A stretch of 64,000 bases of DNA from assembly GCA_965243025.1 (NCBI GenBank), contig CBDETY010000003.1, positions 6,144,001 to 6,208,000 of the forward strand, written 5' to 3'. The translations under genes and the position numbers were made by a program. The notes under the pieces are model-generated. The model searched no databases, was not told the DNA's origin, and worked only from the letters and a program-made list of their open reading frames with translations. Each line of letters starts with the position of its first letter. Position 1 is the stretch's first letter. Below are positions 58,011 to 64,000 of the stretch, in pieces. This DNA comes from Candidatus Latescibacterota bacterium (lineage in GTDB: Bacteria > Latescibacterota > UBA2968 > UBA8231).

Positions 58011-60932
58011 CTACATCCCCCCGGGCGGCGTGAGTCGCCCCCCTTCCTCTCCTGCCCGCTTCTCTCCCAGTTTCTCCCGGATCCTGGCGTAGGCCGCCTG
58101 CACGGACTCCCTCGCCGGCCCGGAATCGCCGGCGAGATCCCTGGCCCGGCCGAAAACCTCCAGAGCGAGATCCGCGTTCCCCATCTCGGCGTGCAGGTAG
58201 GCCAGCGACAGAAAGGCCTTGAGGAATCGCGGGGCCGTCTCCGTCAGTCGTTCGAACGTCTCCCGCGCATCTTCCCAGCGCCCTGAACGGGCGTACTCAT
58301 TTCCCAGTCTCCAGCGCACCTCGAAGTCCCGCGGTCGGACGCGCAGATGCGCCTTCATCTGCGAGATCAGCTGATCGCTGAAATGGCGGACGAAGAAGGC
58401 GGCGGTGCGGTCTTCCGGATTGACCGCCAGGGCCTTTCGGTACTCGGCGAGGGCTGCCCTGCCCCGTTTCCGCATGCGCAGGAGATCGGCCTGCAGGACG
58501 TGTCCCCTGCCGAGATGATACGCCTCGAGGCGGCGCTCGATTTCGGCGGCCGGCAGCGGGCCCCGGCCGGCGTTGCGCAACAGGGGAAACACCCGCACGC
58601 GGTGTCCACCCGCCTCCTGAAGAACTTCCCAGCCCGTTTTCCGGAATCCCCGTTCCCCGGCGTAGCTGATGTGAGGCCGGTCGTCGCTGTTCAGAGGCCC
58701 TTCTCCCGTATACTGGCGCAGGGTGCCCGCGTCCATCAGGAAGCAGCTCATGATCGCGAACGGGTCGCCGAGGTCCACCGCTTCGAGGCTGCGCCGGACC
58801 TTCGGGGCGCGCAGCTTCTGCCGCAGTTGATTCCAGTCGAGGAACAGCGGTTTCACGGTGCCGGTAACCACGGTGTAGTCGTTGGTCAGCCACAGTGAAG
58901 CGTGGGGGAACACCGACTGAAAGGTGCGCAGGATGGTCTTGTAATCCTCCGGTGCAAGCCCGTGCAGCGGCAGCCACTGAGCCATGATTCCGTCATCGGC
59001 GAGGTGGTCCCTGCACAGTTCGTAGAAATCGCGCGTGTAGAGCATCCAGCTGTCGGCGCTGGTCGGGTGGGTCGCGTCTCCGGTGATGACGTCGTAGACC
59101 CTGTCGCTGCGAAGCAGGAAGTTGCGGCCGTCGTCGGCGATGATGTCCACGCGGGCGGCTTCGAGGCTGTCGAGGATGTTGTGGTTGAACTCGGCGAAGT
59201 GGTCCCTGGCGGCGTTCATCACCTCCGGGACGATCTCGACACACTCGATGCGCCGCGCCTCGTGCTGGGCGACGCCGCCGAGGGCGATGCCCCCCCCGAA
59301 CGCCACGACGAGGGCGTCCTGCGGATCCGGGTGCAGCAGCATCGGCAGGTGGCCGAGCAACCGGAACAGTTGTACGGAGGCGTAGTCGCTGGGTACCTGG
59401 CCGCCCCCGTTGACCATGAGACGCCGGTACCCGTCCGCCGACCTGTCGACGGTGACGATCCCGGCGATTCCCTCCTCGTAATGGACGAGCTCGGCGTCGC
59501 GGGAGGTGCTCGAGGCGCGCACGAGAACGTCCGGCGGGGTCGTCAGGAGGATCGCCGCGGCCGCCCCCACGGCGATTGTCCCGAAGCCGGATTTCCAGCG
59601 CGGCGAGCGGCGGGGGTGAAGGCCCAGCACGACAAGCCCGATCCCCAGGTTGAGTCCCGCGAGAACGTGCACCGTGCGCTCGGTACCGATGAGCGGCATC
59701 AACACGAACCCGGCTGCAAATGCACCTCCTATGGCACCGAGACTGTTGGCCGCCCCGACGTCCCCGACGCCGCGTCCCACCCGGTCGAGGCCGCTCGTGT
59801 AGATGCGGCTCACCACCGGGAAGGCTGCACCCATCAACAACGCGGGTACCGTGATGATCGCCGCGGAAACGGCAAAGACGCCCCCCCTGAACCCCCACCA
59901 GCTCTCCGCGGAGCGGACCGAGGCGATCCAGGAGGGCAGGGCGGCGAATACCGGAATGGAGAGCAGGGCCAACAGGCCGATGAAGATCTCGACCGCGGCG
60001 AAAGCGAGTGCCAGGTCGCGGATCCGGTCGAGGAAGCGGCTGCAGGCGAAGCTTCCCAGCGACAGCCCCAGGAGAAAAGCGACGAGGATGATGCTGAATT
60101 CGTAGTGCGAGTTGGCGGCAAAGGCGAGGGTCAGCATTCGGGTCCAGGCGACTTCGTACCCGAGCGCGGCGAAACCGGAAAGGGCGAAGCCGGCGAGCAC
60201 CCACTTCACGAGGTTCGCCGGCATGGCCGGGGCAGGGTCCGGGGCATCTTCCGCGACCGCACCGGTGGCGGCCCCGCCTTTTCCTGCCGCCATCGGGGTC
60301 CTGCCGAGCCGGAATGCCAGGCCTCCGACTGCGAGGTTGCCGCACGCCATGGCGTAGCACGTTCCCCTGAGCCCCAGCGCCTCCATAAGGAGGAAGGTCG
60401 CCGCCAGCACTCCGGCGACGGCGCCGAGGGTGTTCACGGCGTACAATCCGCCGACGCCGGCGCCGAGACGGCTGTAGCGGCGCACCAGCATTCGCGACAT
60501 CACCGGCAGAGTAGCCCCCATGAACGACACCGGCACCAGCAGGAGGAGGAAGCTCAAACCGAAACGGACCAGGGAAAGCATGTAGAAGCTCCCCCGCGGA
60601 AGCCACGCGTGCGTGGTCCCGAGAAGGAGTTCGACGAGGTGCGGAAAAACCAGGGCGTACAGCCCGATGCCGATTTCCAGAATTCCGAAAACGCGCAGGG
60701 GACGTTCCCGGGCGTCGATCCACCTGCCGAAGACGAAGCTGCCCAACGCCAGTCCCGCCATGAAGGCGCTGAGCACCGTGCTCACCGCCAGGGAGGTGGT
60801 GCCGAACACGACGCCGAGCATGCGCGCCCATACCACCTGGTAGACGAGGCCGAACGCCCCCGAGGCGAAGAACAGCAGGGGAACTGCCCAGGCCAGTCCC
60901 CGGTCGATCTCCAACTGCCTTTCCCGCGTCAT
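58011..60932 (-). CDS. Fused MFS/spermidine synthase with C-terminal TPRs
   Basis: FFASG..GLVYQVVW.R, GGLYAVNTLGA, second membrane repeat, VEIVPEV, DDGRNFL, LYTRDFY, QWLP; TPR tail. Confidence 0.9.
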   Translation of the reverse strand: MTRERQLEIDRGLAWAVPLLFFASGAFGLVYQVVWARMLGVVFGTTSLAVSTVLSAFMAGLALGSFVFGRWIDARERPLRVFGILEIGIGLYALVFPHLVELLLGTTHAWLPRGSFYMLSLVRFGLSFLLLLVPVSFMGATLPVMSRMLVRRYSRLGAGVGGLYAVNTLGAVAGVLAATFLLMEALGLRGTCYAMACGNLAVGGLAFRLGRTPMAAGKGGAATGAVAEDAPDPAPAMPANLVKWVLAGFALSGFAALGYEVAWTRMLTLAFAANSHYEFSIILVAFLLGLSLGSFACSRFLDRIRDLALAFAAVEIFIGLLALLSIPVFAALPSWIASVRSAESWWGFRGGVFAVSAAIITVPALLMGAAFPVVSRIYTSGLDRVGRGVGDVGAANSLGAIGGAFAAGFVLMPLIGTERTVHVLAGLNLGIGLVVLGLHPRRSPRWKSGFGTIAVGAAAAILLTTPPDVLVRASSTSRDAELVHYEEGIAGIVTVDRSADGYRRLMVNGGGQVPSDYASVQLFRLLGHLPMLLHPDPQDALVVAFGGGIALGGVAQHEARRIECVEIVPEVMNAARDHFAEFNHNILDSLEAARVDIIADDGRNFLLRSDRVYDVITGDATHPTSADSWMLYTRDFYELCRDHLADDGIMAQWLPLHGLAPEDYKTILRTFQSVFPHASLWLTNDYTVVTGTVKPLFLDWNQLRQKLRAPKVRRSLEAVDLGDPFAIMSCFLMDAGTLRQYTGEGPLNSDDRPHISYAGERGFRKTGWEVLQEAGGHRVRVFPLLRNAGRGPLPAAEIERRLEAYHLGRGHVLQADLLRMRKRGRAALAEYRKALAVNPEDRTAAFFVRHFSDQLISQMKAHLRVRPRDFEVRWRLGNEYARSGRWEDARETFERLTETAPRFLKAFLSLAYLHAEMGNADLALEVFGRARDLAGDSGPARESVQAAYARIREKLGEKRAGEEGGRLTPPGGM

Positions 60933-60956
60933 GGAAGCGGTGAAGCCGTGAGGGAA

Positions 60957-62918
60957 TCAGCCGTGCAGAATGAAGTGGCCATTGCCGGGAAAAAAGATCC
61001 AGTCGACGAAAAAGGATATTCCCACCCCGAGGAAGTGACCCAGGATGAGGCCGATGAAAAACGGAGCCGCCCTGCGGTAGAGTTCAAACCCTCCGAAACG
61101 CATGATGATCGACTTGGCCGCCCAGGAGAGGAAGATGGCAGCCGCTATATTGCGGATCATCCACAGCGATGCAACCGTCAACCCGATGGGATGCAACGGC
61201 CACCAGGGAAAACGGTACTGCAGAAAGGTCAAAAGCGACATGGCGGCGGCACCCGCTCCGAAGAAGGCCAGTTTCTGGGGGTGGAGCCCGGCGGGATCCT
61301 TGATCCTTGAGACGACGTCGTTGAACGTCGTGACACCCGCCCCGGAGGAGACCCGGTACACCCACGAGTTGAAGTTCGATGCGCCCAGGTCGTACCCCAT
61401 GTACAGGATGTTGGCGATGGCGAGGGCGAAGCCGGTTATCACCGCAAGGAGGATCGCCGCGCACAGTCCGCGCCCTCTGAGGCGCATGAATCCGTGCAAT
61501 CGCCCGGCGTGAGCCGCGGCGGGCATGAAGATCGACTGCACGTCGCCGAAGAAGGAATAGGTCAGTCCGAGAGCGACCAGCCCCTGCGGGGCGATCGAGG
61601 CTGTCCCCAGGGTCATCATCGTCATGGCCTGGGATACGACAGGTGTCGTCAGGTAGTACAGGCCGGCCTGAATCACCAGGCGTGTGATGCCGAGGTAGGC
61701 GATCAGCACGCCGGCCAGAAACATCGTCGCGACGGCCCACGACATCCCCGCCTGGAGCAGCCAGCACAGCATGTAGGCCAGGCCGAGTATCACCGCCAGA
61801 ACCGCGGTGCGGTAGGAGAGCAACTCCCTTTCGCCGCCGGAACCGCGGGGACGCCACGCCTGCCTCAAAACCTCCAGAAGATGGCGGCGGGCCATCCACA
61901 ACCCCCACAGGACCATGACGACGAAAGCCCCCCAGGACTGCCAGGACACCGACGGCAGGCCCCACACGAACCAGTCGCTTTCCGTAACTCCGAGTCCGAG
62001 GCGGGTAAAGATCCCCTCTTCGAGCATCGACAGGAGAAAGAAGAACCAGATGCTGAACGAAACATTGAGGTTGACGAAATACATGAAACCGACGACGGGG
62101 AAATTCAGCCTGACGTTGAGGGTGGGGAAGGATCTGGCGAGCTGGATCGAATAGTGCCAGTCGATATCGGGGAAGAAGTGGTAGAAGAAGCCGACAATGT
62201 TCCAGAAGACGACGACCAGCGGCACCGCCGCGCCCGCCCACAGGAGGCGGCTCCGCAGGATACCCGGAAGCCGGCCCCCGTCGCTTTCCAACAGGAGCGC
62301 CCTCGGGACCTCCATCAACGGGAAGGCCAGCCGCTCGGTCTCCACCCACTGTTTGCGCAGAATGACGACGAGGCAGAACGAGACCAGGTAGAGGGTCCAT
62401 ATGAAGCTCAGCCACCAGAAAAGCGGCATCGCCCATGCGGACAGCAGCGTCCCCCACGGGATTTCCCGGCCGGGCGGAAGGCCCTCGAAGAACCACGTCA
62501 TCGCCATTCCCTCGTTGCCGGGAACGAGGAACGCCGGCAGGTGGGGAAGTATGTACTGCCCCCATTGATTCTCGGGGGAGGCGAAGTAATGGGGTGTGGT
62601 GGGAATGGCGAGAAGGTAGCCGCAGATGAAAGCGGGGATTCCGGTTGCCACCAGGCCCATCACCATGATGGTGACGAGTTCGGATGGACGCAGGGCCCAG
62701 CTTCGCCGCAGGGTCCCCGCGGCTGCGTTGAGCAGGATCAGGCAGATGAAGGGAAACCCGACGCCGACGGGGAAGAACGACCAGGTGATTTCCGAGGACC
62801 CGAGGGTCCAGATCGAAAACGGGCCACCGACGCAGATGGCGAAGACCAGCAGAAGCCCGATGAGAAGGGAGCGTGCCGTCAAACCTCCGCCCGTGCCGCT
62901 GCTGTCGGGCTCCGCCAT
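60957..62918 (-). CDS. DUF6785/DUF6784 family polytopic membrane protein
   Basis: T.RSLLIG, LRKQWVETERLAFPL..VP, LWMARRHL, RLVIQAG, FPWWPLHPIG, GGFELYRRA.PFFIGLILG. Confidence 0.8.
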   Translation of the reverse strand: MAEPDSSGTGGGLTARSLLIGLLLVFAICVGGPFSIWTLGSSEITWSFFPVGVGFPFICLILLNAAAGTLRRSWALRPSELVTIMVMGLVATGIPAFICGYLLAIPTTPHYFASPENQWGQYILPHLPAFLVPGNEGMAMTWFFEGLPPGREIPWGTLLSAWAMPLFWWLSFIWTLYLVSFCLVVILRKQWVETERLAFPLMEVPRALLLESDGGRLPGILRSRLLWAGAAVPLVVVFWNIVGFFYHFFPDIDWHYSIQLARSFPTLNVRLNFPVVGFMYFVNLNVSFSIWFFFLLSMLEEGIFTRLGLGVTESDWFVWGLPSVSWQSWGAFVVMVLWGLWMARRHLLEVLRQAWRPRGSGGERELLSYRTAVLAVILGLAYMLCWLLQAGMSWAVATMFLAGVLIAYLGITRLVIQAGLYYLTTPVVSQAMTMMTLGTASIAPQGLVALGLTYSFFGDVQSIFMPAAAHAGRLHGFMRLRGRGLCAAILLAVITGFALAIANILYMGYDLGASNFNSWVYRVSSGAGVTTFNDVVSRIKDPAGLHPQKLAFFGAGAAAMSLLTFLQYRFPWWPLHPIGLTVASLWMIRNIAAAIFLSWAAKSIIMRFGGFELYRRAAPFFIGLILGHFLGVGISFFVDWIFFPGNGHFILHG

Positions 62919-62923
62919 TTCCC

Positions 62924-64000
62924 CTACCACGGCACTCCGTGACCGTGACCGAAGAACCAGGTGACATCCACGAAAAAGGAAACACCCACCCCGAAAAAGA
63001 ACCCGGCGACCAGTCCCACGAAAAAGGGCCGCGCCCGGCGGTACGCCGCGATGCCTCCGTAGGCGAGCAGGATGGTCTTGGCCGTCCAGGCCATGAACAC
63101 GGAAAACCCCCCGTACTGGATCATCCACATCGGGGCGAGGGCGATCCCCACCGGATGCAGCGGCCACCAGTGAAAACGGTACTGGCACAGGGCGACCGCG
63201 GAATAGGCGAGCGCTCCGACTGCGGAGTAAAACAGTTTCCCCCAATCGGTTCCGGCAGGGTTGTCCATCTGGCGGATGACGCCGCTGAACGCCATCCTGC
63301 CGATGCCGCCACCGGCTCCGAAGTACCAGGAGCGAAGGTTGCCGGCTCCGTACTCGTGGCAGACGTGCAGGATGTACCAGAAGGCTGATACAAAGCCGAC
63401 CAGGACCGCCGCCGCTATGGCCAGGGACATGAGCCGCCGCCCCCGGGTGATGCGCTCGAGGCGGGAAGCGTGTGCAGCCGAGGGCATGAAGATCGACTGC
63501 ACGTCTCCGTGCCAGGCGTACTGCAGCCCGAGGGGGACGAGGTTGCCGGCTCCCATCGCGGTGCCACTGACCGCGGCGGCGAAGGCCTGGCCGTTCACAG
63601 GGGTGGTCAGGTAGTACATCCCGGTCTGCACGACCAGTCTCGTCATGCCGGTGTAGGCGATCAGCACACCGGCGGTGAACAGGAGCGCGACGTGCAGGTC
63701 GAGACCGGCGGCGCACAGCCAGGCGACGAAGTACGCCAGTCCCAGGATCAGTCCGTACGCGGCAGTCCGGTAACCGAGCATCTCGGAACCGTCGTCGAGG
63801 CGTTTCCCGGGGCTGAAGGTGTGGCGAAATACCGACCGAAGGTGGCGCCTGCCCATCCACAGGCTCCATGCCAGCATTGCGCAGAAAGCGCCCCAGCCCT
63901 GCCACGACAGCGACTGCATGCCCCAGACGAAGGCATCCGGCTGCGTGACGTCATAGCCGATGCGGTTGGTGATTCCCTCCTGGAGGATGGCGACGAGGTA
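62924..64000 (-). CDS. DUF6785/DUF6784 family membrane protein, 5'-truncated by window edge
   Basis: Frame open to 64000; tandem paralog (LWMGRRHL, GDVQSIFMP, FHWWPLHPVG, YRRARPFFVGL). Confidence 0.8.
   Translation of the reverse strand, partial: YLVAILQEGITNRIGYDVTQPDAFVWGMQSLSWQGWGAFCAMLAWSLWMGRRHLRSVFRHTFSPGKRLDDGSEMLGYRTAAYGLILGLAYFVAWLCAAGLDLHVALLFTAGVLIAYTGMTRLVVQTGMYYLTTPVNGQAFAAAVSGTAMGAGNLVPLGLQYAWHGDVQSIFMPSAAHASRLERITRGRRLMSLAIAAAVLVGFVSAFWYILHVCHEYGAGNLRSWYFGAGGGIGRMAFSGVIRQMDNPAGTDWGKLFYSAVGALAYSAVALCQYRFHWWPLHPVGIALAPMWMIQYGGFSVFMAWTAKTILLAYGGIAAYRRARPFFVGLVAGFFFGVGVSFFVDVTWFFGHGHGVPW

Noticed and set aside
54548-61310. Long antisense or alternative-frame ORFs (e.g. 54548-56782, 58902-61310; also 29679-31946, 37758-39770)
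   Set aside because: Shadow ORFs of high-GC coding sequence opposite well-supported genes; no recognisable motifs.

Overview
High-GC bacterial chromosomal window with no integrase, transposase, phage gene or CRISPR array. The gene content (two PhyH dioxygenases plus another 2OG-Fe oxygenase, ASPIC/UnbV FG-GAP proteins, DUF4159 and DUF6785/6784 proteins, an FlgD-Ig-tailed protein, a PorV-like barrel, a 'TAVExxSWxxIK' tail) suggests an FCB-group organism such as Ca. Latescibacterota, possibly a marine or sponge symbiont; this is inference. 1-7 kb is a catabolic cluster (dioxygenases, atypical enolase-superfamily enzyme, NanA/DapA-family aldolase, unknown 646-aa protein, Gfo/Idh/MocA). 7-18 kb is housekeeping on the minus strand: tRNA-Arg(ACG), thrC, nadD, bamD, cpoB-like, rfaE2, tRNA-His, tRNA-Arg(TCT), tRNA-Pro, pyrF, rnpB, zinc-ribbon protein, split transketolase. 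18-25 kb holds TPR, FG-GAP and PhyH genes. The main candidate new system spans about 25-58 kb. A co-oriented run (28.4-58 kb) encodes a CBM9-like protein with a putative sorting tail, two paralogous ~970-aa Phe-ending predicted outer-membrane proteins, two paralogous lipoproteins, a discoidin/FlgD-Ig protein, a PorV-like barrel, a 1088-aa TPR protein, ExbB plus two ExbD (one with Asn at the proton-carrying Asp), a SurA/PrsA-like foldase, an OPT-like transporter and a 1539-aa pseudo-M28/FtsX fusion. No canonical TonB, SprA, GldKLMN or ABC ATPase is recognisable, and two TonB-like-anchored DUF4159 paralogs bracket the locus. The window ends with a fused MFS/spermidine synthase gene and two DUF6785 genes. 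All family assignments are by motif recognition, not database searches.
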